Source: Eledone cirrhosa (taxonomy: Eukaryota). Taken from it: a stretch of DNA of 64,000 bases. The notes under the pieces were generated by a model. It was not told where the DNA came from and made no database searches. It saw nothing but the letters and a program-made list of their open reading frames with translations. The position numbers were made by a program, and so were the translations under genes. The stretch spans positions 6,944,001 through 7,008,000 of the forward strand of contig OZ024749.1 of the NCBI GenBank assembly GCA_964016885.1. Reading direction: 5' to 3'. Positions within the stretch are counted from its first letter, which is position 1. Each line of letters begins with the position of its first letter. Below are positions 22,937-36,434 of this stretch, one piece after another.

Positions 22937-25366
22937 AACTTTGAACTTTGAAATGTTTTGGCCAGTATTGGCCCAGGCCATGTCTAACTTAATAGCACCA
23001 CCTGGCGAAGTCTTTCAATTCAGGATTTGGGCACCATGGCCCATTCGAGAAGAGAATTACTGTTTGCGGAGACATATCCGGGTGTGGGTGGTTTGTCCGG
23101 GATTACTTGGAGGAATTTGTCCAAAGACTTCTTGAATTTTGTGTGGTCAGTTTCTGTTTTGACGTGTCCTGGTGTGATGTTGAAGAGAGCAGGGCCGATT
23201 GAGGTGAAATAATTGTGCCGTATTGTTGTTATGAGTTGCGATTTAGATTTTTGAATGGGACGGATAGCACGGGGCCCAAGCCTTGGGTGTATCTTGAAGG
23301 CGATGCCAACATCATTTGGGCAGTGATGATGGAACATTTTCCACATCATGCAGATAATATAACGCTCACGGCGACGTTGGAGTGAGTAAAGTTTCAGGTT
23401 TTCCAATCGACCCCAGTAGTCAAGGTCTGACATGCCATCTATCTTTTTCGTGATTGCCCTTTGAGGAGCTTCAAGTTTCATGATACTTTGTTTCGTGTGG
23501 GGAGACCACAGTGGACAACAGTATTCAAGGTGTGGTCGGGCGAAAGTAGAGAAGAGAAGGATAATGGTGCGGGAATCTCTCGACTGGAAGGTTCTGAGGA
23601 TCCAGGAACACATTCTGCGGGCCATGTCAACTTTGCTGCTTATATGCGTGGTCCAGCTTATGTTGCTGTCCACGGTTACTCCCAAGTCTCTGATGTTGTT
23701 TGATGCCACGAGAGTTTCCCCGGAGGGAAGGGAGTACGGGAGTTTCAGAGCATCCTCTTTTCCAAAGTGGATCAGTTCGAATTTGTCTTCGTTCAGTAAC
23801 ATGTTGTTCTTTTCTGCCCATTGGGTAACAGCCAGTAGGTCTGACTGAAGGCTTATCCGGTCATCCACGCCATTGATGACCTTTTGGAGCTTGGAATCAT
23901 CAGCGAAAATTTTAATGTTGCTGTGTTTGATGATGTCAGTGATGTCATTAATATAGATGATGAAGAGAAGTGGGCCCAACACAGTGCCTTGTGGGACTCC
24001 ACTACTGACTTTGGCTGGGCTTGATTTGACTCCCTCAACTACAACATGTTGGGTTCTGTTTGACAGGAAGCTCTTGATCCACTGCAGCAGCTTTCCAGTG
24101 ACACCAATATTGGACAGCTTTCTCAGTAGAATGTTATGATCAACCCTGTCAAAGGCCTTGCTGAAATCAAGGTAGATAACATCAGTGTTGGAACCCTCTC
24201 CCAAGGCTCTCAAAATGTCATCAAAGTGATGCAGTAGTTGCGTCAGGCAATCCCTTCCATTACGGAATCCATGCTGGTTGGAGTTCAGCATATTGTTACT
24301 CTCAAGGAAGTGGGTCATTCGCGATCTCACCACTCGCTCAAATACCTTAATGATATGAGAGGTGAGTGAGATTGGACGGTAATTCACGGCAAGGGATTTG
24401 TTTCCCTTTTTGAAAACTGGGACAACAGACTGGGATAGAAGGTTTTCTGGCACATATCCAGCATCCAGTGAGTTCCGCCACAGATTGGCAAGAGGAGAAG
24501 CAAGTTGGTGTTGACACGCCTTCAAGACACAAGCAGGGAACCTATCGGGACCTACTGCTGAATTATGCTTGATTTCCTTTATTGCCGCCAAGACATCAGG
24601 GGCGCCAAACGTTATGTCCGATAAGGTGTAATGGGGAGTAACATCGCCGATACAGCCCAGATCGGCCATATCAGGATTGCTGAAAACAGAGCAGTATTGT
24701 TTCTGCAGTATCTCACCCATGGTTTTAGCATTGTCTTGAAGAGTGCCATTTTCATCAATTAGAGGGCCAACAGTAGAGCCAGTGATTTTGTGTTTTTTTG
24801 CAAATGAAAAGAACACTTTGGGATTGAGTTTGATCTTCTCAATGGCCCAGGCCTCTTCAGCTCTTCTCTGATTGTTGATGAGGGACATTATGTTGTTTTG
24901 GAGGTTATGTTTTTTAATCTCTAGTGATGAAATGGCAGTCAAGTTGATGTGTTGCTGCTGACAGTATTTCAGATTGTTGATTTTTTTGTTCGTTCTCTTA
25001 ATTTTTCTGATGAGCGTTTTTCTATTTCTAGGGATTCTGCTCTTAGATTTGTTTATAGTTCTTAATGGGGTGTGTTTAGCACATATGTTTGTAACAGTGT
25101 CCACAAATGTCTGCCAGGACTTTTTGATGTTAGTGGGTGTATGAGTGTGCGTGAAGGACCAGTCGACATGTGCAAGATCATGACTGATCGCTTCCCAGTT
25201 TGCATTGTGGAAATCCATAGCGTCAAACGGATGGACAGGAGAAATGACATTGGGTTTGTATATTGGACGGTGGAATCTCAGATCACAGAGAACCATGTCA
25301 TGATCAGAGAGTAGAGTTTTCTCCACTGCAATATTGTGGATATTGTCAGTGTGATTGCTGAAAATT
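22937..25366 (-). mobile_element. CR1/L2-group LINE, 5'-truncated, intact ORF2 remainder (23020-~25366)
   Basis: APE C-terminal LSDHDMV; [43 protein letters not shown]; tail TTCAAAGTTCAAAG; no stops. Confidence 0.96.
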
Positions 25367-25604
25367 ATATACATATATATATATACATATACAAAATTAT
25401 ATACATATATATATATACATATATATATACATATATATATACATATATATATACATATATATATACATATACATATATATACATATATACATATACATAT
25501 ATATATACATATATATATACATATATATATATACATATATATATACATATATATATACATATATATATATACATATATATATACATATATATATACATAT
25601 ACAT

Positions 25605-25637
<33 letters not shown>

Positions 25638-25769
25638 CATATACATATACACATACATATATATATACATATATACATACATATATATATACATATATAC
25701 ATACATATATATATACATATATACATATATATATACATATATACATATATACATATATACATATATATA

Positions 25770-25800
<31 letters not shown>

Positions 25801-25909
25801 ACATATACATACATATATATATACATATACATACATATACATATATATACATATATATACATATACATATATATACATATACATATATATACATATATAT
25901 ACATATACA

Positions 25910-25940
<31 letters not shown>

Positions 25941-26690
25941 ACATATACTTATATATACATATACTTATATATACATATACACATATATATATATATATAC
26001 ATATATATGAATATATATATATACATATATATACATATATATATATATACATATATATATATACATATATATGAATATATATATATACATATATATAAAT
26101 ATATATATATATAAATATATATATATACATATATATAAATACATATATATAAATACATATATATAAATACATATATATACATATACATAAATATATATAT
26201 ATACATATACATAAATATATATATATACATATATATAAATATATATATATACATATATATAAATATATATATATATACATATATATAAATATATATATAT
26301 ACATATATATAAATATATATATACATATATGTAAATATATATATACATATATATAAATATATATATACATATATATAAATATATATATACATATATATAA
26401 ATATATATATATACATATATATAAATATATATATATACATATATATAAATATATATATATACATATATATAAATATATATATACATATATATAAATATAT
26501 ATATACATATATATAAATATATATAAATATATATATATACATATGTATAAATATATATATATACATATATATAAATATATATATATATACATATATATAA
26601 ATATATATACATATACATATATATAAATATATATACATATACATATATATAAATATATATACATATATATAAATATATATACATATACAT
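25367..26690. repeat. 1.3-kb compound (TA)n microsatellite
   Basis: Sequence composition. Confidence 0.97.
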
Positions 26691-27298
26691 GGTGGCTGCC
26701 AACTCGTTTTCGAGTACGGCCACTACTTTATATCCATGTAGGAGAACTCCTACCGATGCGCTGAACGAGTGTGACTTTATTAGTCCAGCCAGCGACTTGA
26801 AAACTCTGGTACTAACACTACACTTGTGACAATTATTGACACATAGTACTGGGCCCATGGTACCATGTGATGACAAGTGCAGAGAGATCTCCAGATATAA
26901 AGCAAAGCCTGTGCCGTGAAGCTTTTATAGTGAGCAAAGGCACTGCACAAAGCCAGTCCCACTCTCTTAACCGAGATGATATTTACCAAAAAGAAGAAAA
27001 AGTCAACATCATTGGATACCATCAGGGTTGCAGGTGTTATATCAGAGTTTTCCTTCTCCTAGAATTCTGCCTTGACAAAAGCTAAGGGGTCATCTCTCCT
27101 GGTGATTTTGGATGGCCATTGACTCTTAAGAGCTCCTTTGCCCTTTGACAGGTTTTGTTTTTAGTCCTGCAGGATGTCCAAAGTCACCCTCCTCACCAAG
27201 AAACCTTGGTGGGGTTGCTAGTTTAGTCTCCAACGATCCGACCATGAGACAGGTTGTACTGGGATACATGTTACCAGTAGCACCAACTGGTGACCTGA
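26691..27298 (-). mobile_element. Non-autonomous retroposon (RTE 5'UTR-like), colinear copy
   Basis: Homologous to 18223-18730; flanked by (TA)n; another fragment at 63975-64000. Confidence 0.8.
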
Positions 27299-27324
27299 TA
27301 TATATATACATATATATACACCTG

Positions 27325-27369
<45 letters not shown>

Positions 27370-27486
27370 CATATATATATATACATATATATATACATAT
27401 ATATATACACATATATATATACATATATATATACATATATATATACATATATATATATACATATATATATACATATATATATATAC

Positions 27487-27519
<33 letters not shown>

Positions 27520-27522
27520 CAT

Positions 27523-29700
27523 AAGAGAATAAATAAGGAGAATAAATGGGAGAAAGACAGTCTCCCCCATATCGACCCAATAGAGGGACCAGCAGTGTTA
27601 GTCGAGGGGAGTATAATAAGTAAGGCAATCAAGGATATGAAGACGGGTAAGGCGGCTGGGCCTTCGGAAATAGTTGCTGAGATGCTGAAGGCATCTGGCA
27701 CGGTGGGACACACCATGGTCACCCTCATAGTTAACCAAGTCGTACAGAATGGGGTTGTTCCGAAGGACTGGCATAGCAGCATCATCGTTAACTGTTATAA
27801 GGGTAAAGGAGACGCCCTAGATAGGAGTAACTATAGAGGCATTAAATTAATCGATCAGGTCATGAAGGTCACGGAAAAAGTAATAGCGCAACTAATCACA
27901 GAGAGAATTGACCTAGATGAAATGCAGTTCAGGTTTGTGTCAGGCAAAAGTACCACAGACGCTCTTTTCATAGTACGACAACTACAGGAGAAGTACCTAG
28001 CTAAAGGTAAACCCCTCTACTTAGCTTTTGTCGACTTGGAGAAAGCCTTCGACAGAGTCCCCCGCTCCATTATCTGGTGGGCTCTTAGAAAACTAGGCGT
28101 TGACGAATGGCTTGTGAGGGCTATACAAGCCATGTATAAAGAAACAGTCAGCAAGGTTAGAATTAACAACGAATATAGTGAAGAGTTTAGCGTAAAAGTT
28201 GGCGTCCATCAGGGCTCTGTTCTCAGCCCCCTACTATTTATTATTGCCCTTCAGGCTATAACAGAGGAGTTCAAGACAGGCTGCCCATGGGAACTCCTAT
28301 ACGCAGACGACCTGACACTCATAGCGGAATCAATGGCCGAGCTAGAGAAGAAATTCCAAACATGGAAGCACGGCCTAGAGTCAAAAGGACTTAAAATTAA
28401 CCTGGCTAAGACCAAAGTTCTAGTTTGTAGGAAAGAAAACAAGGCGGCGGTCCCTTCTGGGAAATAGTCGTGCTCGGTGTGTAGGAAAGGCGTAGGTAGA
28501 AACTCCATTTTATGTCCTAAATGCAAAGTATGGGTGCATAAAAGATGTAGTGGGATCACAGGTAAGCTAACTAAGAACATAGATTTTACATGTGGCCGGT
28601 GTTCTGGTGCAATAAGTAGCAGCAAGTGCCCACAAAATACTAGCTCTTTCAATTGCGCAGAGGGTTCTATAGAAATAGTGGACAGCTTCCGTTACCTGGG
28701 CGATAAAATCAGCAGTGGGGGAGGGTGCTCTGAAAGTACAGTAGCTAGAGTCAGAACTGGTTGGAAAAAGTTCAGAGAGCTTATACCACTATTAGCTGCT
28801 AAAGGGTTCTCCCTCAAAATGAAAGGCAGGTTGTACGATGCCTGCATACGAACAGCAATGTTGCATGGCAGTGAGACCTGGGCATTGTGTGCAGAGGATA
28901 TACGCAGACAAGAGAGGAACGAAGCTTGCATGCTCCGCTGGATGTGTAACAGTAATATACGTGAACGGCAAAGCATAAACGAACTAAGGAAAAAATTAGA
29001 GATAAGAGGGATCAGATGTTGTTTACTCGAGAGAAGGCTACGTTGATATGGACACGTGATGCGCATGAAAGTCGATAGCTGTATAACAAAGTGCAGGGCA
29101 ATAAAGATAGACGGTATCCACGGAATAGGCAGACCTAGAAAAACCTGGGACGAGCTGATAAACTCCGACCTCACACACTTACACCTCTCCAAGACAATGT
29201 CACTGGACCGAGACCTTTGGCGGTACTCAGTAACAGAGAAGACCCGCCTTACCACCGAGACCTTTGGCGGTACTCAGTAACAGAGAAGACCCACCTTACC
29301 TAAATATATAGTAAAACCTACTCCAGCCAGTAGGCATCTCTAACAAAATACACCCCGTCCCACCACCACCACCCCCACCCCATCCACACCACCCCGTTCT
29401 ATGTAAAGTTATGTTGGTGCCGCACCATCGAGGCCGAAACAAATGAGATCGTGTAGGTGTCACGACAAAAAACCCGCCAGACAGTCCACGCTGTAATGTG
29501 GCCGTGTAGGCAACACGGTAAAAACCTCCCAGACCCACATTGTAAATGTGGTTGGTGTTAGGAAGGGCATCCAACTGTAGAAAACCTGCCAGACAGTCCT
29601 ATGCGAGCAAGACAATCACTCTTGCCTCAAGTGGGACTACCCCCGTCCAAACCCATGCAAGCGTGGAACACGGACGTTAGAGGTTGATGATGATGATGAT
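27523..29700 (+). mobile_element. RTE-clade LINE (same subfamily as 8608-11043), 5'-truncated
   Basis: Near-identical protein; Trp-to-stop at 28465 and 29044; ~45-bp duplication at 29209-29300; (GAT)n tail. Confidence 0.97.
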
Positions 29701-30028
29701 ATACATATATATATACATATATATATATACATACACATATATACATACATATATATATATATACATACACATATATATATATACATACACATATATATAT
29801 ATACATACACATATATACATACATATATACATACATATATATACATATATATATACATATATATACATATATATATACATATACATATATATATACATAT
29901 ATATATACATATACATATACATATATATATATATACATATACATATATACATATATACACACATATATATACACACATATATATATACATATATATACAT
30001 ATATATACATATATATATATATAAATAA

Positions 30029-30069
<41 letters not shown>

Positions 30070-30086
30070 CATATATATATATTTAA

Positions 30087-30124
<38 letters not shown>

Positions 30125-30169
30125 TTAAATATATATATATATATTTAAATATATATATATATATATATT

Positions 30170-30231
<62 letters not shown>

Positions 30232-30427
30232 CATACATATATATATAAACACACACACACATATATATATTTCCCATATGTGTGTAGATATGTGTGTGTG
30301 TGTGTCAACATATTTATATATAAATCATATCATCATTTAATATCCATTTTCACTGCTAGCAAATATATATATATATATATATACATATATATACATATAT
30401 ATATATATATATGTATATATATATGTA

Positions 30428-30648
30428 CAGTCCACGCTGAAATGTGGCCGTGTAGGCAACACGGTAAAAACCTTCCAGCCCCACACTGTAAATGTGGTTG
30501 GTGTTAGGAAGGGCATCCAGCTGTAGAAAACCTGCCAGACAGTCCTATGCGAGCAAGACAACCACTCTTGCCTCAAGTGGGAAAACCCCCGTCCAAACCC
30601 ATGCAAGCGTGGAACACGGACGTTAAACGATGATGATGATGATGATGA
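30428..30648 (+). mobile_element. RTE 3'UTR fragment
   Basis: Matches 29482-29700. Confidence 0.9.
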
Positions 30649-30781
30649 TATATATATATATAGATTGAAAAAAATTATTAGTAAAGTTTATCAAGTTATT
30701 TTCTATTTTGATTATTTATTTATCAAGACATAATTTGAAAAAATACAGATATCCAATGCGGAATTTAATTTAATTGTATGT

Positions 30782-30825
<44 letters not shown>

Positions 30826-30867
30826 TAGTTCTGATAATGAATTAGAAAATATCACAATGAAACAACA

Positions 30868-32490
30868 GTGGTCTTTCCAACAACAGATGTGAGAAACATC
30901 TCTCTCTAATCTATATTGCTCTGGAATGGTGTCTTTCTAACAACAGATGTGACAAACATTTCTCTATAATCTATATTGCTCTGGAATGGTGTCTTTCCAA
31001 CAACAGATGTGATAAACATCTCTCTCTAATCTATATTGCTCTGGAATGGTGTCTTTCTAATAACAGATGTGACCAACATTTCTCTCTAATCTATATTGCT
31101 CTGGAATGGTGTCTTTCTAACAACAGATGTGAGAAACATCTCTCTCTAATCTATATTGCTCTGGAATGGTGTCTTTCTAACAACAGATGTGACAAACATT
31201 TCTCTCTAATTTATATTGCTCTGGAATGGTGTCTTTCTAACAACAGATGTGACAAACATCTCTCTCTACTCTATATTGCTCTGGAATGGTGTCTTTCTAA
31301 CAACAGATGTGACAAACATTTCTCTCTAATCTATATTTCTCTGGAATGGTGTCTTTCTAACAACAGATGTGACAAACATCTCTCTCTACTCTATATTGCT
31401 CTGGAATGGTGTCTTTCTAACAACAGATGTGACAAACATTTCTCTCTAATCTATATTGCTCTGGAATGGTGTCTTTCTAACAACAGATGTGACAACCCTC
31501 TCTCTCTAATCTATATTGCTATGGAATGGTGTCTTTCTAACAACAGATGTGACAATCATCTCTCTCTAATCTATATTGCTATGGAATGGTGTCTTTCTAA
31601 CAACAGATGTGACAACCATCTCTCTCTAATCTATATTGCTCTGGAATGGTGTCTTTCTAACAACAGATGTGACAAACAACTCTCTCTAATCTATATTGCT
31701 CTGGAATGGTGTCTTTCTAACAACAGATGTGACAAACATTTCTCTCTAATCTATATTGCTCTGGAATGGTGTCTTTCTAACAACAGATGTGACAAACATC
31801 TCTCTCTAATCTATATTGCTCTGGAATGGTGTCTTTCTAACAACAGATGTGACAAACATCTCTCTCTAATCTATATTGCTCTGGAATGGTGTCTTTCTAA
31901 CAACAGATGTGACAAACATCTCTCTCTAATCTATATTGCTCTGGAATGGTGTCTTTCTAACAACAGATGTGACAAACATCTCTCTCTAATCTATATTGCT
32001 CTGGAATGGTGTCTTTCTAACAACAGATGTGAGAAACATCTCTCTCTAATCTATATTGCTCTGGAATGGTGTCTTTCCAACAACAAATGTGACAAACATC
32101 TCTCTCTAATCTATATTGCTCTGGAATGGTGTCTTTCTAACAACAGATGTGACAAACATCTCTCTCTTATCTATATTGCTCTGGAATGGTGTATTTCTAA
32201 CAACAGATGTGACAAACATCTCTCTCTTATCTATATTGCTCTGGAATGGTGTCTTTCTAACAACAGATGTGACAAACATCTCTCTCTAATCTATATTGCT
32301 CTGGAATGGTGTCTTTCTAACAACAGATGTGACAAACATCTCTCTCTTTTCTATATTGCTCTGGAATGGTGTCTTTCTACCAACAGATGTGACAAACATC
32401 TCTCTCTAATCTATATTGCTCTGGAATGGTGTCTTTCTACCAACAGATGTGACAAACATCTCTCTCTAATCTATATTGCTCTGGAATGGT
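30868..32490. repeat. 60-bp minisatellite, ~27 copies
   Basis: tggtgtctttctaacaacagatgtgacaaacatctctctctaatctatattgctctggaa in register with the 60-nt lines. Confidence 0.98.
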
Positions 32491-32524
32491 TTCTGGTTTC
32501 AAGCAAAAGACCAATAATTTTGTG

Positions 32525-32770
32525 AGAGAGACTCGTTGGACAGACTTTAGAGGTATAAGCAGCCGGCAGGAGACGCAGGGGTAGACCCCGAGCAAGATGG
32601 TTGGATAACATCCATGAACTTGGCCGGTCTCACCTGGGGATCCAGCTGGATCAGATAGAGATGGTTGCATCTGACAGGACCTACTGGAGGGAGTGTTTGA
32701 AGAATTTGCCCCCCCCCCCCCCTCCACACACACACCCACTCAGCAAAAGTGGGTGATGAAGACGAGAAAG
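32525..32770 (+). mobile_element. RTE (other family) C-terminal fragment
   Basis: Translates to AAGRRRRGRPRARWLDNI...VASDRTYWRECL; second copy at 42660-42890. Confidence 0.75.
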
Positions 32771-32784
32771 TAAAAAAGAGGAAA

Positions 32785-33115
32785 GTTTATTAAATCGACC
32801 TCCTCAGCATGTAACTGGTACTTTAGTTTATTGACCCTGTAAGGACGAAAGGTAATGTTAACTTAGCAGGATTTGGACTCAGAATGTTAAGGACTAAAAC
32901 CTTGTGCTCTAAATCATGTTGTCCGACGCTCTACCAATGGTGCCAATCCACTGCCCATCAAAATTAAATAATGTTTTCTGATTTAGGCACAAGGCCAGCA
33001 ATTTCATCCTTTAAGGATGAAAAGTAAAGTTAACCTCAGCAGGATTTGAACTTAGCAGATAAAGGACTCTACTACAAAGCATCTTATCCATGCTCTACTG
33101 ATGCTGCCAAACCAC
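32785..33115 (-). mobile_element. Two decayed family B SINE copies
   Basis: actggtacttt...gaccc...aagg..gaaagg...aactc...ggatttgaactcag motifs. Confidence 0.7.
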
Positions 33116-33272
33116 AACCTTTCAGAATTAAATAACATTGAGTTTTTATGTTGTGCAAAAAGGTGAATTCACAACAAGTGTACTTTATATACAAAAACAA
33201 AAGTAACTGGGATAAACTGTTTAAGATACTCGTATGATGAGAACAGATGCTGCAGTACCATGTTTCCCATAC

Positions 33273-33395
33273 AACCATCTGTAGTCTCCCCAGAATGTTG
33301 TTGTCAAACTCAGCAGAACTATTGTATAGTGTTGACACTATATGCTGCATCAAGTCTTTCCCTAAACTGTAGTCCAGTCCCTTCATATTCGATTT
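33273..33395 (-). CDS. Candidate host-gene exon (KSNMKGLDYSLGKDLMQHIVSTLYNSSAEFDNNILGRLQMV)
   Basis: Acceptor taccttgtccag, donor gtatgg, 123 nt, phase 0 to 0. Confidence 0.55.
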
Positions 33396-33454
33396 CTGGA
33401 CAAGGTAGCACATTGTGTTTTTGAGCAAGTCACTTCAAATCATGTTGGTTTTCT

Positions 33455-33590
33455 TGAAAAGACTGGAACCCCTATCGTTAAAACACTCAAGAAACTTTCC
33501 TGAAAAGACTGGAACCCCTATCATTAAAACACTCAAGAAACTTTCTTGAAAAGACTGGGATCACTATTGTTAAAACACCCAAGAAACAAT
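33455..33590. repeat. ~45-bp tandem repeat, 3 copies
   Basis: tgaaaagactggaacccctatc.ttaaaacactcaagaaac. Confidence 0.85.
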
Positions 33591-34229
33591 GTTGATACAA
33601 TGTTGCAGGAGGCTAGCTATACCTGTATAAGTGGGAGCAGTACATTTCAATATTGTTTTCATTTAATGGAGTCCAGTATATTTATCATTAACCCTTTCTG
33701 TCATGTTCCTGCTATAACAGTAGCAGTCTTAATGTAATCTCAACTGGATTCTTGCTAAGGTGGTAATGAACAACACATGTAGGAAAAGAAGATAAACTAC
33801 TAAAAATAGACAATTGATCATGTAGTTATGTAGTTACATGTGTTTATGGCTCTTTGTTAATGGTGTTCCCTATAGCAGTTGTTTAATTTTGTTTTTAATT
33901 AAAAATAAGATATTTTTTTGGCGATGAAATGAGTGTGCGATGAACCCAGCACATTTGGTAAACAAACAAGGTTTAAACTCTTTAAAGTTGAGGAAATTAT
34001 TGATGATATTTATTCTATGGATGAAAGTGAGTAGGAAGTTCAACAAGTCTACCCTTACATGGATAGCTAGAAGGATTCGGACAATGAAACTTGTGAAAGT
34101 GGTGAGGAAAGTAGCGATTTTGGTGCAGAAATTTGGTGTGGCCCTCACATAGCTGATACTGATAGGAGTGGTGGAGAGTACGCAAACCTAGATGAAGGGT
34201 GAGTAGATATATTTACTGCAAGAACAGAC

Positions 34230-34625
34230 CTGAGCACAGTCAGCAGCCTTTGGAAGAATAGAGCTCTTACAAAGTCCACCAAGAAGAAAGTAATCCAAAC
34301 ATTAGTGTGGCCAGTAGCTCTATATGGTTGTGAGTGATGGACTTTAAAGGCAACTGACTTGAAATGACTGAGTGCATTTGAAATGTCATGCTATAGGTGT
34401 GCACTTAGAATTAGCTGGACAGCTCACAGAACAATTGAGTCTGCTCTGGAAGCGATTGGTGCCAGTCACATTTGGTTGAAACAGTAAGGAAGAGGAAACT
34501 TCAGTATTTTTGGTCATGCTTTCAGGGTCCAACATGTGGCTACCCACATCTTTGAGGGATGAATACAAGGGTAAAGGGCCAGGGGAGAGCAGAAAAGGAG
34601 ATGGACAGGAAGGATTTTGGCGTTA
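34230..34625 (+). pseudogene. Old RTE ORF C-terminal relic
   Basis: IQTLVWPVALYGCE*WTLK...SAFEM..YR..LRISWT..RKLQYF.H with stops and frameshifts. Confidence 0.8.
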
Positions 34626-35432
34626 GATAGTAGCTGGGAAGGGAGAAGTAGTTTAGATAGTAGCTGGGGAGGGAGAGGTAGTTTAGATAGTAGCTGGGGA
34701 GGGAGAAGTAGTTTAGATAGTAGCTGGGGAGGGAGAGGTAGTTTAGATTGTAGCTGGGGAGGGAGAAGTAGTTTAGATAGTAGCTGGGGAGGGAGAGTTA
34801 GTTTAGATAGTAGCTGGGGAGGGAGAGGTAGTTTAGATAGTAGCTGGGGAGGGAGAGGTAGTTTAGATAGTAGCTGGGGAGGGAGAAGTAGTTTAGATAG
34901 TAGCTGGGGAGGGAGAGTTAGTTTAGATAGTAGCTGGGGAGGGAGAGGTAGTTTAGATAGTAGCTGGGGAGGGAGAGGTAGTTTAGATAGTAGCTGGGGA
35001 GGGAGAAGTAGTTTAGATAGTAGCTGGGGAGGGAGAGTTAGTTTAGATAGTAGCTGGGGAGGGAGAGGTAGTTTAGATAGTAGCTGGGGAGGGAGAGGTA
35101 GTTTAGATAGTAGCTGGGGAGGGAGAAGTAGTTTAGATAGTAGCTGGGGAGGGAGAGTTAGTTTAGATAGTAGCTGGGGAGGGAGAGGTAGTTTAGATAG
35201 TAGCTGGGGAGGGAGAGGTAGTTTAGATAGTAGCTGGGGAGGGAGAAGTAGTTTAGATAGTAGCTGGGGAGGGAGAGTTAGTTTAGATAGTAGCTGGGGA
35301 GGGAGAGGTAGTTTAGATAGTAGCTGGGGAGGGAGAGGTAGTTTAGATAGTAGCTGGGGAGGGAGAAGTAGTTTAGATAGTAGCTGGGGAGGGAGAGTTA
35401 GTTTAGATAGTAGCTGGGGAGGGAGAGGTAGT
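34622..35432. repeat. 30-bp minisatellite with 120-bp higher-order period
   Basis: gtttagatagtagctggggagggaga(ggta/agta/gtta); variant order agta-gtta-ggta-ggta recurs. Confidence 0.97.
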
Positions 35433-36434
35433 CCAGATGCTTTCACAGCCAGTCATTACCATTGGTCTTTATACTCAATCATGCGTGAAATAGGTCTCAA
35501 AGGGTTGTGATCTATCCACTATTTGCTGTTGACAGATTAGTGTAGTTAGTTCCTATTTAAAATCTAAGTGCACTGAGCTTATTTATTTTGTGAGTTCATG
35601 TGTTTCAACCATGAATGCAATAACATATGTCATCTCAGTGTTAGTAAAATGAAAACCTATAGAATAACGATTGAAAGATGAGAATTACAGGTGAAATCCA
35701 ATATTCAGATTTTAATATAAAATGGCAGTGGTGAGAATGTTCGCAGACAAAAAGTAACAGTTTCGCCTTCTGAAAAGAAAACTACCTTGTAAGAATTATA
35801 AGAATTCAATAGTATTTATGTAATACAATCATGTCATTCACACTTCCGCTAAGTTGAAGAAAGACCTGTACAGCATAAAGCTTAACCTGATTACATACAT
35901 AAAACATGAGGTCAGGGCAAACAGAATCCCATTCATCTTTTTCAATGCAGACTTCTAAGAAAGCAATCTAATTGATGTTAGGGCATAAAAAAAAATCTCT
36001 AAATGATAATCAAAGAGTTCACACAAGTTTGAATTGGAGACACAGCAAGATTTTTTTCTTTTGGTTTGCAGTTTTACCTTCTTTTTTTTTTTCTCCTCCC
36101 CAGCAGTTTGAGTATAGCATACATTTAAATGACTGAACAAATCTTACGGTACACACCGAATGTGTTTGCGTTTGTGAGTGTGTGTATTTGTGAATGTTTA
36201 TGATAATGATATATATACATATATATATATATATAAATATATCATCATCATCACCATTTTACATCCATTATTCCCTGCTAGCATGGGTTAGATGGGTTGA
36301 CTTGTAGGCAATGCTAGGTCAGAAGACCTGCTATCTTCCATGTGCATCACATGTCCATACCAACACAGTCTTCTCTCTTGCACACTATATCCAATTCCTC
36401 TTATGCCAAGTTTTCCCCTCAGTTTGTTTATATA

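Noticed and set aside
28465-29046. Trp-to-stop changes in young RTE copies as a deaminase signature
   Set aside because: G-to-A at TGG is the commonest route to a stop; too few events to infer anything
31521-32525. 334-aa Cys/His repeat ORF
   Set aside because: Chance open frame of a 60-bp satellite; no splice or codon-level evidence
33688-34160. piggyBac-like relic (TTAACCC plus acidic peptide)
   Set aside because: No catalytic domain or matching right end visible
34514-35510. LPPQLLSK and SLDSSWGGR repeat ORFs
   Set aside because: Translations of the 30-bp minisatellite on both strands
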